From assembly GCA_036012755.1 (NCBI GenBank), contig DASCPX010000189.1, forward strand, positions 1 through 64,000: a stretch of DNA of 64,000 nt, written 5' to 3'. The notes under the pieces are model-generated. The model did not search any database, had not been told where the DNA came from, and was given only the letters and a program-made list of their open reading frames with translations. Shown in pieces: positions 39,333 to 48,789 of the stretch. Numbering within the stretch: position 1 is the first letter of the stretch; each line of letters begins with the position of its first letter. Position numbers and translations under genes: made by a program. Source of the stretch: Myxococcota bacterium (lineage in GTDB: Bacteria; Myxococcota_A; UBA796; CAJQPC01).

Positions 39333-39836
39333 TCAGCCTTCCGGCGTCCACCCGTCGAGGCTGACCGTTGCCTCCAGTAGATCCATGTCTCCGGTGACCT
39401 GCTGCAGCTTCTGGTTGCCGAGCTCGAGCTGGCGGTTCATGCCGACGATGAGCAGGCGGCGGAAGACGTGGGCCTCTCCGGTCTGCTCGGCGAGCAGCGC
39501 GTAGAAGCGGGTCGCCGGCATGCGAAGGAGTTCGCATCTCCCCTTGGCCTGGCAGGAGGCGCTGCGCTGGGTCCCGTTGACCAGGCCCATGTGGCCGAGC
39601 AGCGCCGGGGCGCGGACGATCGCCAGGGGTCCGTCGCCGGGGATGCCGCGCTTGCGGACCTCGATGAGACCCTCCAGCAGGACCCACATCTCCTGGGCGA
39701 TGCCGCCCTCTGCGCAGAGGTGCTCGCCGTCCTCGAGCACGAAGGCCTCGCAGTCATCCAGGGCGAGCGTCAGCATGCGCGGGTTCATGCCGATCCCGTG
39801 GCGGTCCAGGAGGAGGCGCGCGGCGGTGTCGATCAT
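39333..39836 (-). CDS. Stand-alone cyclic-nucleotide-binding domain protein
   Basis: GEHLCAEG, MWVLLEGLIEV, LGHMGLVNGTQRSASC. Confidence 0.85.
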   Translation of the reverse strand: MIDTAARLLLDRHGIGMNPRMLTLALDDCEAFVLEDGEHLCAEGGIAQEMWVLLEGLIEVRKRGIPGDGPLAIVRAPALLGHMGLVNGTQRSASCQAKGRCELLRMPATRFYALLAEQTGEAHVFRRLLIVGMNRQLELGNQKLQQVTGDMDLLEATVSLDGWTPEG

Positions 39837-40339
39837 CGGCCCACCTCTCGCAGGAACCTCTTGAGGCGCTGGGCCAGGGTCTCCTGGGGCGCGTCTTCCT
39901 CCGGAGGCTTCGCGGCGCGCTGGATGGCGTGGTTGCTGGCGTGGATGCGCCGGGAGAGCATGGCGACGAGGTGGACCTGCATCGAGACCACCGCAGGGTC
40001 GGTTCGCCAGTCGTCCAGGAGTGCCGGCGTTATGACCACCGCGGTGCTCTCCACCACCGACAGGACGAGCGCTTCACCGCGGTGACCGTCGCGCATGAGC
40101 GCGGTCTCTCCGACCAGCTCGCCGGGCCACACGTCGGCGACGATGCTCTCCACCCCTGGCAGCTTGATGGCCAGGCGGCCGCTGGTCAGCAACAGCGCGT
40201 GGTCAGCCTCGGCTCCCGGCTCGAAGAGCAGCTCACCGGGCGCGAAGCTCCTCTCTTCTCCCGAGAGACGACACAGCGCCTGCATGTCGCCCTCGGGGAG
40301 GCGTGACAGTCCGCGAATGGCGCCTCGACCCAAGCTCAT
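39833..40339 (-). CDS. Stand-alone cyclic-nucleotide-binding domain protein
   Basis: FAPGELLFEPG, SGRLAI, PGELVGETAL. Confidence 0.85.
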   Translation of the reverse strand: MSLGRGAIRGLSRLPEGDMQALCRLSGEERSFAPGELLFEPGAEADHALLLTSGRLAIKLPGVESIVADVWPGELVGETALMRDGHRGEALVLSVVESTAVVITPALLDDWRTDPAVVSMQVHLVAMLSRRIHASNHAIQRAAKPPEEDAPQETLAQRLKRFLREVGR

Positions 40340-41484
40340 GGTGCGGGTGTACCACGAGCGAAGACCTCGTCGGCGAGCTCGACCATCGCGCCTCGGAACG
40401 CGGGCGCGTGTTTCGGATCGACGAGGCGGGCCCTCACGATCCAGACGTCGCGCTCGCCCGCATCGCGGTGGACCTCTGGGGCGCGATCGGGGGCGAGGTA
40501 GGGGGAGAGCAGGGCGAGCTCCTCCAGGGCGTGCCGGACCCGACTCGCGTCATGACAGAGGGGGACGTGGATGCGTACGCGCACGGGGACGAAGCGATCC
40601 GGGTCCGTGTGGAGGGTGGCCTCGAGGAAGACCCGGTTCGGGACCGTGAGGAGCTGCCCGCCGTCCTCCAGCAGATCGACGTGGCGCAGCCCGATGGCTC
40701 GGATGACGCCCTTGTGCTCGGCCAGCTCCACGCGCTGGTCCACCACGAGGCGGTGCTCGACGACCAGGACCACGCCGGCGACGAAGTCGCGGAGGACATC
40801 GCGCGAGGTCCATCCGACAGCAAGGGCCACTCCGATGAAGACATACGCGGGGGCGGGGTTCAGGCCCTGGGGCAGGAGCATCAGGGCGGTGATCAAGACG
40901 GCGGACAGCGTGCCGATCCGGAGGCACACGACGGTGCCGCGAAGCAGCAGTGGAAGCAGGCCGCGACTGGGAAGTCGGACCAGGAGCCCTCGCTCGATGC
41001 CGCGGGTGGCCAGCAGCATCAGGACTGCGAGCAGGGCGGCGACCAGGGCCTTCCTCAGGCTCGGCTCGGGGGTCACCGGGAGCTGGCGGGCGACCTCCCG
41101 CTCGGGCTCCGGAGCGTCCACGGTGGGGGCCGTGGGCGCGACCGCCTCCGGCGCCACCGGCTCCTCGGGTTCGACGGGCTCGGTGAGCTCGGGGAGGGGC
41201 TCCTCGGGGACCTCTGGCTGGCCGAAGTCCGGGGGGAGCTCCGGCCCGAAGACCTCGCCGGAGATGTAGGGATCGCCTGCCTCGACGACCCTGCCGGAGA
41301 GGGGGTCGATGACGTCGAGTCCGCGCTGGAAGCCCTCGCTTGGGGTGTAGCCGTCGGGCCAGGGGCCCAGGACCCCGCTGCGGCCCGCGTCGTCCTCTGG
41401 CGTCACCCACGGGCGCGGCTCGGCGACCTCGACGGGCTCGGTGAGACCGGTGTCCTGGGCAAGGGCCAGAGCGAGCAGGATCAT
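40336..41484 (-). CDS. MscS-family mechanosensitive channel with signal peptide and Pro/Glu-rich N-terminal region
   Basis: ATG 41484 (MILLALALAQD); VGWTSRDVLRDFVAG, GVIRAIGLR, TVPNRVF. Confidence 0.85.
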   Translation of the reverse strand: MILLALALAQDTGLTEPVEVAEPRPWVTPEDDAGRSGVLGPWPDGYTPSEGFQRGLDVIDPLSGRVVEAGDPYISGEVFGPELPPDFGQPEVPEEPLPELTEPVEPEEPVAPEAVAPTAPTVDAPEPEREVARQLPVTPEPSLRKALVAALLAVLMLLATRGIERGLLVRLPSRGLLPLLLRGTVVCLRIGTLSAVLITALMLLPQGLNPAPAYVFIGVALAVGWTSRDVLRDFVAGVVLVVEHRLVVDQRVELAEHKGVIRAIGLRHVDLLEDGGQLLTVPNRVFLEATLHTDPDRFVPVRVRIHVPLCHDASRVRHALEELALLSPYLAPDRAPEVHRDAGERDVWIVRARLVDPKHAPAFRGAMVELADEVFARGTPAP

Positions 41485-44400
41485 CCCTGGAACCCTCGCT
41501 CGACGAGGACCCGGTGCAGCGCCGCGACGAGGTGGTCGGCGAGCACGTAGCGTCCCTTTCGGGTGCGCTCCACGAGGCCCAGGTGGCCCAGCATCGCGAG
41601 CTCGGCCCGGGAGCGGTCTTCGTCCTTGCGGAACTGCCGCGCGTGGAGGTGAACGTCGATGCGCCCCTGGCGAGCCAGCTGGCGGAGGGTGAGCAGGGTC
41701 TCGTCGCTGAGGCTGCGCAGGGCCGACAGGGGGGTGTCGGGGACGTCCCCGATGACGATGAGGTCGTTGCGCGAGTCGACCTCCGTCGCCGACGCCATCC
41801 ACAAGGCGAGCGCGTCGGAGAGCACGCCGCCGGTAGCTTCGTGGAGGTGCTCGAAGTAGGCCTCCTCGTAGAGCTCGTCGCGACCGCGACCGCGACCGCG
41901 GGCGAAGGCCTCCTTCAGCGACCAGCCCAGGCTGCTCTCTGGGGCCGCGAAGCGCAGGCCGTAGCCGCTCATTCCGTGGCGCTGGAGGATGCTGGAGCGC
42001 AGGGCGTGGGGGCTCAGCGGGCGCAGCCGGAGGGTGTGCGGGAAGACCTCTGAGAGCGAGACGACGCGGTCGGCGTAGGCCCACACGGTCTTCTCTATCG
42101 ACAGCAGGAAGGCGTTGAGACCCTGGTCCTCGACGACCAGCCTGGCGAAGGCCCGCAGGGGCGCGAAGCCGCCGGGCTCGATGGTGAAGAGCCAGTGGGC
42201 CCCCTCGACGACGACCACCACGCCGCCGGTCGCCTTGGCTGCGATCTGCTCGATCTCGTCTGGGTCCTCGACGTAGCCGGTGAGCGTGTGGCGCACGACC
42301 TTCACGTCCAGCCCGCGCAGCACGAAGTTGACGGCGGCTCCCCTGGTGTCCTGGCCGGCGCCGAGGATCGAGACGCTGCGTGAGGCCCCGGTCTCGTGCC
42401 CGGAGAGCACCCGGCGGATCCGGCCCAGCTCCTGCTCGCGGCCCTCGAGCAGGTCGGCGGCCTCCAGGGTGGCGTCGCTGAAGAGCCTGCGGAACACGAC
42501 CGGCAGCTCGACGGGGCTGACCGGGGCGGTGAAGTCGTCCGGACCGATGGTCTCTGGCGGCGCCTCCGGCAGACCCAGGCGGCGGCGGGCATCCTCGTAG
42601 GCCTCTGTACCCATCGTCCGTCTCAGGGCGTCGTCGAGGTAGCTGCCGAGCTCGCCGAAGCTCTCTGCACCTCCGGTGATGATGCGCCGCCGCCGCTCGA
42701 TCTGCCCGCGCGCCAGGCGACGGCGGACCTCGTCCCAGCGCCCACCGACGAGGAGGTCGTGGAAGCCCTCGATCTGGTCGAAGACGGCGGCCCGGATGCG
42801 CTCGTGTGAGAGCCGGCCGAGATTCTCGTGCTGGGTGTGGAGCTGGCCGAGGCGCGCGGCGAAGCGCTCCATCGTCGCCAGCAGCGTCTCCCGGAGGACC
42901 TCCCTGGCGCCCGCGGGGACTCGATCCCCCTGGGCGGCCACGACGCCCAGCTCGGTGTGGGCGAGCTCGACGTTGAAGCTGAGGCTGCGCTGGAGCTCCT
43001 CGGTGGCCCGCACGATGACCTCGACCTCCTTCAGGAGCTGCTCGAGGATCAGCGACAGGTCCCGCCCGACCTCGGCGTCGAGGTAGCCGGTCGCGAGCTC
43101 GCGGAAGGGGATGTCCTCCAGCCGGGGCGGGGCGGGCAGGCGGCGTCCGGTGAGCCCCGGGGGGTTCAGGGCGACCTGGAAGTGGTCGGTGAGGTGGTCC
43201 ACGCCGTCGGCGAGCGCATCTCGCAGGGGCTCCACAACGGACTCGCTGCGGAGGCTGTCCCGCATCGCCTCGGCGATCGACAGGGCGTCCTCGATCACGT
43301 GCAGCGTGGGCTCGCAGCAGGCCTCGATCCTCGAGAGCATCGGGTCCGGACCGAGCTCCTCTTCGAGCACACCCACCAGCGTCTCGATCCCGGAGTCCAG
43401 TCCGGTGACGATGCGCCCGAGCTGGACCACGACGCGCCCGTGGAGCTCCCGCTCCAGCTGGTGCCCGTGCTGGTCGACGGCGTCCTCGGCCAGGTCTCGC
43501 AGGCAGAGCAGCTGGAGCTCCATGGCCATTCCGTTGGCGATGGCCCGGGTCAGGTCCCGGCTGTGGGCGAGGCCCGTCCCCAGCTCTTCGAGGGCTTCCT
43601 TGCGCGCCGAGTAGACCTTGCTGAAGCGGTAGTCCCGCGTGGTCAGACTTGGCGTCCCGGCGGTGCCGAGGAAGCGATTGAACTGCTTGTAGGGGCGTCC
43701 GACGGCGGCAGCTGCGACTCGCACGGTCTCGTCGGCCAGCCGGTCGACCTCGCGCTGGGCGATCTGGAACTCCTCCTCGATCTCCTCGAGCAACAGAGCG
43801 AGCAGGGACTCCCACTTCTCGGCCACGAAGTCCTCGTGCTCGAGGAGGTTGTCCTCGCTGCGGCGGAGGAGCTCGAAGACGTTTCGGGTCCGGGCCAGCA
43901 GGTGGCGCTCGGACAGCGCCATGAGCCCGGCTAGCTCGCCGAGGTGCTGGGGGGCGTGACCAGACAGCGTGTACCGCGCGAGCGGTCGGATCTCGACGAC
44001 GCGCAGGTCGTGGCCGAGTCCCAGACCGCGCACCCCTCGGGCCAGGAGCTTCGAGGCCCGCACCAGCCGCGAGTCGCCCTCCAGCGGCCGCAGGAATCCA
44101 TCTTCGTAGGGCACCTCCGTCGCCTGCGGCAGCGCGTCGACGGCCTTGTCGATCGCTCGCACGAGCTCCAGGAGCACCTCGTGTTCGTGGCGGAAGTCCA
44201 CCGTGGCGGCCCGGTCGAGGATGTGGTTCTCCCAGCTGGTGGCGAGCCGCCGGCGGCTCTCGCGGACCGCCTGGGCCATGTCCTCCGGGGTCGTGTTGGG
44301 ATCGGACGCCTTGGCCGTCAGCCGTCGGTGGTAGCGCAACATCTCGCGCCGCAGCTGGCTGAGGAAGTCCTGGGCCGAGCGGCGGCGACGCGCCGTGGTC

Positions 44401-45962
44401 GAGCTCCGCAGCTCCCTCGTGAGGTGCTGGAGCTCGGCCTTCAGCTCCCTGGAGAGCTCCAGCAGCCTCCGCCAGCTGACCAGCGGCGGCTCGCCCCAGG
44501 GGTCGAAGTGCGTGTGGCCCGGCTCGGGCAGCCACTCGGGCAAGGGCCTGTCGATCTCGGCGGTGGCGTCCTCTGCGAGGCTGTAGTCCTCGGACAGCGT
44601 GGGGTCGTCCTCCCGCTGCGTCTCCCCCGCGAGGCCGAGGGTGACCTTGAGCAGCACGGGCCCGAACATCTCGTTGATCGCGATGCCGGCGACCGCCATG
44701 GTGGCGAGGCTGGCTCCGGTGTCGCCGAGCTGGGAGATCGCGGTGGCCATGGCCAGGGCGATGCCGGCCTGGGCGCCGAAGCCGAGGAAGCCCCAGCGGC
44801 TGAAGATGCGTGGCCCCCGAGCCAGGATCGAGCCCGCGGCGGTGCCGGCGTAGAGGCTGGCCAGGCGCGCCGCGAACAACAGCGCGGCGAAGGCTGCGCT
44901 CTCACCGAGGCCGCGCAGGTCCAGGTGGGCCCCGGCGAGGAAGAAGAAGACGACGTAGATCGGCAGCGACAAGCGGTCGACGGCAGCCTTCAGGGTCCCG
45001 TGGGCGCGGGTGAAGTTGCGCACGACGAAGCCGGCGAAGAGGAAGGACAGCAGCGGATCGACGCCGATGAGCCCGGCGAGCCAGGTGACCCCGAAGCAGA
45101 GCCCCGCGAGGATCAGCAGGAACTCCTGGCCGACCCAGCGGATGCAGGCGGTGACGCCCACGCCGAGGGCCCCTCCCAACAGCACGCTCCCGCCGATCTT
45201 CAGCAGCAGCTCGACCGCCAGGCCCTGCTCGGAGGGCTCCGCTCCCAGCGAGGTGCCGACCACGCTCATCGCCACCGCGAAGAGGACGACGACCACGACG
45301 TTGTTGAGGACCGAGACGCCGAGCACCGTGTCGGTGACCGGCCCCTTGGCGTTGGTCTCGTGCACGATGGCGATGCTGGCGGCGGGGCTCATCGCCGAGC
45401 CGATGACGGCCAGCAGGACCGCTGCCGCGACCTTCACCTCTGTGGGCTGCTCCACGAGGAAGGGCACCGCGAAGCCGTCGATGGGGCCAGAGAGCAGCCA
45501 GACGAGTCCGCCGAGCACCGACAGCAGCAGCAGGAACTGGAAGCCGAGGATCCCGCTGAGCAGCTTGGCGCCTCGCTTCAGCGCCGGCAGCCCGAGGGCC
45601 CCCCCGGCGCTCAGGGCGATGAGGGCGACAGCCAGGTTGTCGAAGAGACTCAGGTCCCGGATCGTGTGCTCGTCGAGAACGACCATCCAGTCGGGCGTGT
45701 GGAGCACCTCGTGGGCGTGGTGCCCGCAGAGGATGCCGGTCACGAGGTAGGCCGTGATGTGCGGCAGCTTGACGGTCTCGAGGATCTCGCCGAGGGTGAA
45801 GGCCGCCAGGATGATGAACCCGAAGGTCGCCATCGAGACCGGGTTCAGCAAGCCCTCGTGGGGCTGGTGCACCGCCTGGAGGAAGAGCATCAGGACGAAG
45901 AGCAAGACGACGATGAGGCCCTTCGTGAGGCCCTCTCCGAGGCTGAGCCTGTCGCCGACCAT
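41481..45962 (-). CDS. CPA2 cation:proton antiporter fused to a ~1000-aa soluble region ending in a degenerate NTPase and winged helix (1493 aa)
   Basis: ATG 45962; LPHITAYLVTGILCG, FFFLAGAHL, AQAGIAL, NEMFGP; later LEGREQEL, SVSILGAGQDTR, VVVVEGAHWLF. Confidence 0.85.
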   Translation of the reverse strand: MVGDRLSLGEGLTKGLIVVLLFVLMLFLQAVHQPHEGLLNPVSMATFGFIILAAFTLGEILETVKLPHITAYLVTGILCGHHAHEVLHTPDWMVVLDEHTIRDLSLFDNLAVALIALSAGGALGLPALKRGAKLLSGILGFQFLLLLSVLGGLVWLLSGPIDGFAVPFLVEQPTEVKVAAAVLLAVIGSAMSPAASIAIVHETNAKGPVTDTVLGVSVLNNVVVVVLFAVAMSVVGTSLGAEPSEQGLAVELLLKIGGSVLLGGALGVGVTACIRWVGQEFLLILAGLCFGVTWLAGLIGVDPLLSFLFAGFVVRNFTRAHGTLKAAVDRLSLPIYVVFFFLAGAHLDLRGLGESAAFAALLFAARLASLYAGTAAGSILARGPRIFSRWGFLGFGAQAGIALAMATAISQLGDTGASLATMAVAGIAINEMFGPVLLKVTLGLAGETQREDDPTLSEDYSLAEDATAEIDRPLPEWLPEPGHTHFDPWGEPPLVSWRRLLELSRELKAELQHLTRELRSSTTARRRRSAQDFLSQLRREMLRYHRRLTAKASDPNTTPEDMAQAVRESRRRLATSWENHILDRAATVDFRHEHEVLLELVRAIDKAVDALPQATEVPYEDGFLRPLEGDSRLVRASKLLARGVRGLGLGHDLRVVEIRPLARYTLSGHAPQHLGELAGLMALSERHLLARTRNVFELLRRSEDNLLEHEDFVAEKWESLLALLLEEIEEEFQIAQREVDRLADETVRVAAAAVGRPYKQFNRFLGTAGTPSLTTRDYRFSKVYSARKEALEELGTGLAHSRDLTRAIANGMAMELQLLCLRDLAEDAVDQHGHQLERELHGRVVVQLGRIVTGLDSGIETLVGVLEEELGPDPMLSRIEACCEPTLHVIEDALSIAEAMRDSLRSESVVEPLRDALADGVDHLTDHFQVALNPPGLTGRRLPAPPRLEDIPFRELATGYLDAEVGRDLSLILEQLLKEVEVIVRATEELQRSLSFNVELAHTELGVVAAQGDRVPAGAREVLRETLLATMERFAARLGQLHTQHENLGRLSHERIRAAVFDQIEGFHDLLVGGRWDEVRRRLARGQIERRRRIITGGAESFGELGSYLDDALRRTMGTEAYEDARRRLGLPEAPPETIGPDDFTAPVSPVELPVVFRRLFSDATLEAADLLEGREQELGRIRRVLSGHETGASRSVSILGAGQDTRGAAVNFVLRGLDVKVVRHTLTGYVEDPDEIEQIAAKATGGVVVVVEGAHWLFTIEPGGFAPLRAFARLVVEDQGLNAFLLSIEKTVWAYADRVVSLSEVFPHTLRLRPLSPHALRSSILQRHGMSGYGLRFAAPESSLGWSLKEAFARGRGRGRDELYEEAYFEHLHEATGGVLSDALALWMASATEVDSRNDLIVIGDVPDTPLSALRSLSDETLLTLRQLARQGRIDVHLHARQFRKDEDRSRAELAMLGHLGLVERTRKGRYVLADHLVAALHRVLVERGFQG

Positions 45963-47449
45963 CAGCGCCTCCAGAACCCTGGCGTCAACAGCGCCAGGAC
46001 TGTGAGGAACTCGAGGCGACCCAGGAGCATGAGCGCCGAGAGCACCAGCTTGGTCGGGCCCGAGAAGAAGCCGAAGTTGTCCGTCGGGCCCACCATCCCG
46101 AAGCCCGGACCGACGTTCGCCACGCAGGCCAACGAGGCCATGATCGAGGTCGTCCCGTCCACGTCCTCGACCAGCGCAACCCAGATGGCGCCGAGGCCGA
46201 CGGTCATCACGTAGACGCCCATGAAGGCGAGGATTCCCGTGAGCGACTGGTTGGACACCACCGCCCGCCCGACGCGGACCGGGTCGATGAGGTGGGGTCT
46301 GAAGCTCCGCTTGAGCTCCGAGACCGCCGCCTTCACCAGGATGATCACGCGGATCAGCTTCATGCCGCCGGCGGTGCTGCCGGAGCAGCCGCCGGTGAAG
46401 AAGAGGATGAGCAGCAGCATGCGCGTCGCGCTGGGCCAGAGCTCGAAGTCCGCGGTGCCGAAGCCCGTCGTCGACATGATCGAGGCGGTCTGGAAGCTGG
46501 AGAAGCGGAAGGCGTCCCCGACGCTGCCCGCCTCTGGGAGGATCACCACCGCACAGAGCACCGTGACCGCCGCGAGGATGCCGAAGTAGGCCCTGGTCTG
46601 GATGTCCTTCCAGATGACGGAGGGGCCCTTTCGGAGCGCCTCGTGGAAGAGGCCGAAGTTCATCCCGGCGACGACCATGAAGACGAGGACGATCATCTCC
46701 ACCAGGACCTTGTCGAAGCCCCCGACAGACGCGTTCTGTGTCGAGAAGCCCCCGGTTCCCATCGTCGAGAAGGCGTGGACGACGGCCTCGAAGATGGGCA
46801 GTCCGGCCAGCCACAACAACACGATCTCCACCGTGGTGAAGAGCACGTAGACCTTCCACAACACGCTCGCCGACTCGCGGATGCGGGGAGACAGGCCCTT
46901 GCTCCTGGGGCCGGGGACCTCGCTGCGGAAGAGGTGCTTGCCCCCCACGCCGAGGGCCGGGAAGACAGCGACGAAGAGCACGACGATGCCCATTCCGCCC
47001 AGCCAGTGACTGAGCATTCGCCAGAAGTGGAGGGCCGGGTTCAGGCGCCCCTCGATCTCTGGGAGGATGGTGGCTCCGGTCGTCGTGAAGCCGCTGGTGG
47101 ACTCGAAGATCGCCTCGCTCGGTCGGAAGTCGGCCCCGATGAGGAAGGGGAGGCCGCCGACGACGCAGAGCGTTGCCCAGGACACGGTCACTACGAGCAG
47201 GGCGTTTCTTCGCGAGAGGTCGTCGAGTCGCGCGTTTCGGCCGAGCCAGAGCGCGATCCCCGCGAGGACCCCCACGATGAGGGCGGAGACACCCATGTGA
47301 ACCGCCCCCTCGCGGCTGCCCATCGCGACGCCCACCAGCCCGCTCGCCGCCATGGCGATGGCCACGCCGATCATCAGGAGCCCGACCGGGCGGGCGACCT
47401 GGGGCAGGTCTCCCTTCAGCTCGCCGAAGCGCCAGCCGGTTCGACTCAA
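45962..47449 (-). CDS. trkH: Trk potassium uptake membrane protein
   Basis: FESTSGFTTTGA, WLGGMGI, TMGTGGFS, STTGF, GGCSGSTAGG, NVGPG, GRLE. Confidence 0.95.
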   Translation of the reverse strand: MSRTGWRFGELKGDLPQVARPVGLLMIGVAIAMAASGLVGVAMGSREGAVHMGVSALIVGVLAGIALWLGRNARLDDLSRRNALLVVTVSWATLCVVGGLPFLIGADFRPSEAIFESTSGFTTTGATILPEIEGRLNPALHFWRMLSHWLGGMGIVVLFVAVFPALGVGGKHLFRSEVPGPRSKGLSPRIRESASVLWKVYVLFTTVEIVLLWLAGLPIFEAVVHAFSTMGTGGFSTQNASVGGFDKVLVEMIVLVFMVVAGMNFGLFHEALRKGPSVIWKDIQTRAYFGILAAVTVLCAVVILPEAGSVGDAFRFSSFQTASIMSTTGFGTADFELWPSATRMLLLILFFTGGCSGSTAGGMKLIRVIILVKAAVSELKRSFRPHLIDPVRVGRAVVSNQSLTGILAFMGVYVMTVGLGAIWVALVEDVDGTTSIMASLACVANVGPGFGMVGPTDNFGFFSGPTKLVLSALMLLGRLEFLTVLALLTPGFWRR

Positions 47450-48789
47450 AGGACCTTCTTGCGGAAGAGGCGCTCGAGGGCCGGGCGGGCCGCGGCCCTC
47501 GCCACGACGACGACGATGTCTCCCGGCTCGATCTGGTCTGTGCCGGACGGAACGCGCACCTCGCTGCCGGAGACGATGCAGCCGAGCAGCGCTCCCCTGG
47601 GCAGGTTCAGCCGCCTCAGCGGCGTGCCGACGATGCGGCTCCCGGTGCGGGCGAGGAGCTCGATGACCTCTGCCTGGCCGTGCTCGAGCAGCGTCAGCGA
47701 CTGGACCTCGGCCTGTCGCACGTAGCGGAGCACGTTCTCGCTGGCGACGGTGCGTGGGGACAGGACGGTGTCGATGCCGAGCTGCCGGTAGATCTCTGCG
47801 TAGTCGGGCCGCTTCGCTGTCGAGATGGTGCGGCCGACGCCCACGCGCTTGGCCAGGAGGCCAGCCATGAGGTTGACCTCGTCGTCGCCGGTCACCGCGG
47901 CGAAGATGTCGAAGCTGCCGGCGGCCTCCTCCTCCAACAGTCGGAGATCAGTGCCGTCGCCGTGGATGACCGTGACGTCGGCGAGCTCTTCTGCGAGGTG
48001 CTCGGCCTTCTTCCGGTCTCGCTCCATGAGCATGACCTCGACGTCCGACTTCGCGAGGATGCGGGCCAGCGCTCCGCCGATCACGCCGCCACCGACGACG
48101 CAGACCCGCGATGCCTGGCGCCCGCCGCCGAAGAGGTCCTCGACCGCCTCCATCCGCCCGGCGTGACCCAGCAGGTAGACCCGGTCACCGGCGAGCAGCA
48201 CGTCAGCGCCGCCGGGCACGAAGAGCTCGCCTTCGCGCACCACCGCGGCGACCAGGGTCTGGTCGGGGAGGGAGAGGTTCGCCAGGGTCTTGTGGAGCAT
48301 CTTGGAGCTGGCTGGCAGCTCGACCTGGATCATCTCGACCCTGTTGCCCGCGAGCCCGAGGACCTCGATCGCTCCTCGGCTCCTGGCGATCTTGGCGATC
48401 TCCTGGGCGATGAGGATGCGGGGGTTCAGCACCACATCGATGCCGAGCAGTCCGTAGTGGATGCCCTGCTTCGAGGAGGAGTACTGCTCCCCCTGGACCC
48501 GGGCGATGGCTCGGCGAGCCCCCAGGTCCTTCGCCGCCCGCGCGGCCACCAGGTTGACCTCGTCGTTGTCGGTGACAGCGACCAGCAGGTCCGCCTTGTT
48601 GGTCTCCGCCTCTCGCAGGACCCGCGGGCTGGAGCCGAAGCCCAGCAGCGTGCCGACGTCTTCGGCCTCTTCGACGGCCTCGAGGTTCAGCGGGTCGTTG
48701 TCGATGGCGACCACGTCGTGGCCGTCATGCTCCAGCTCGCGGACGACGTGACGCCCGACCTGTCCCATTCCGACGACGACTACGTACAT
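47446..48789 (-). CDS. trkA: Trk potassium uptake NAD-binding subunit
   Basis: Two RCK_N/RCK_C pairs: GMGQVG and GGGVIG, AVTDNDEVN and AVTGDDEVN. Confidence 0.95.
   Translation of the reverse strand: MYVVVVGMGQVGRHVVRELEHDGHDVVAIDNDPLNLEAVEEAEDVGTLLGFGSSPRVLREAETNKADLLVAVTDNDEVNLVAARAAKDLGARRAIARVQGEQYSSSKQGIHYGLLGIDVVLNPRILIAQEIAKIARSRGAIEVLGLAGNRVEMIQVELPASSKMLHKTLANLSLPDQTLVAAVVREGELFVPGGADVLLAGDRVYLLGHAGRMEAVEDLFGGGRQASRVCVVGGGVIGGALARILAKSDVEVMLMERDRKKAEHLAEELADVTVIHGDGTDLRLLEEEAAGSFDIFAAVTGDDEVNLMAGLLAKRVGVGRTISTAKRPDYAEIYRQLGIDTVLSPRTVASENVLRYVRQAEVQSLTLLEHGQAEVIELLARTGSRIVGTPLRRLNLPRGALLGCIVSGSEVRVPSGTDQIEPGDIVVVVARAAARPALERLFRKKVL

Noticed and set aside
40336..46859. 1399-aa and 1792-aa ORFs at full length
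   Set aside because: The N-terminal parts are Arg/Pro-rich off-frame overlaps with upstream genes; the coupled starts are at 41484 and 45962.
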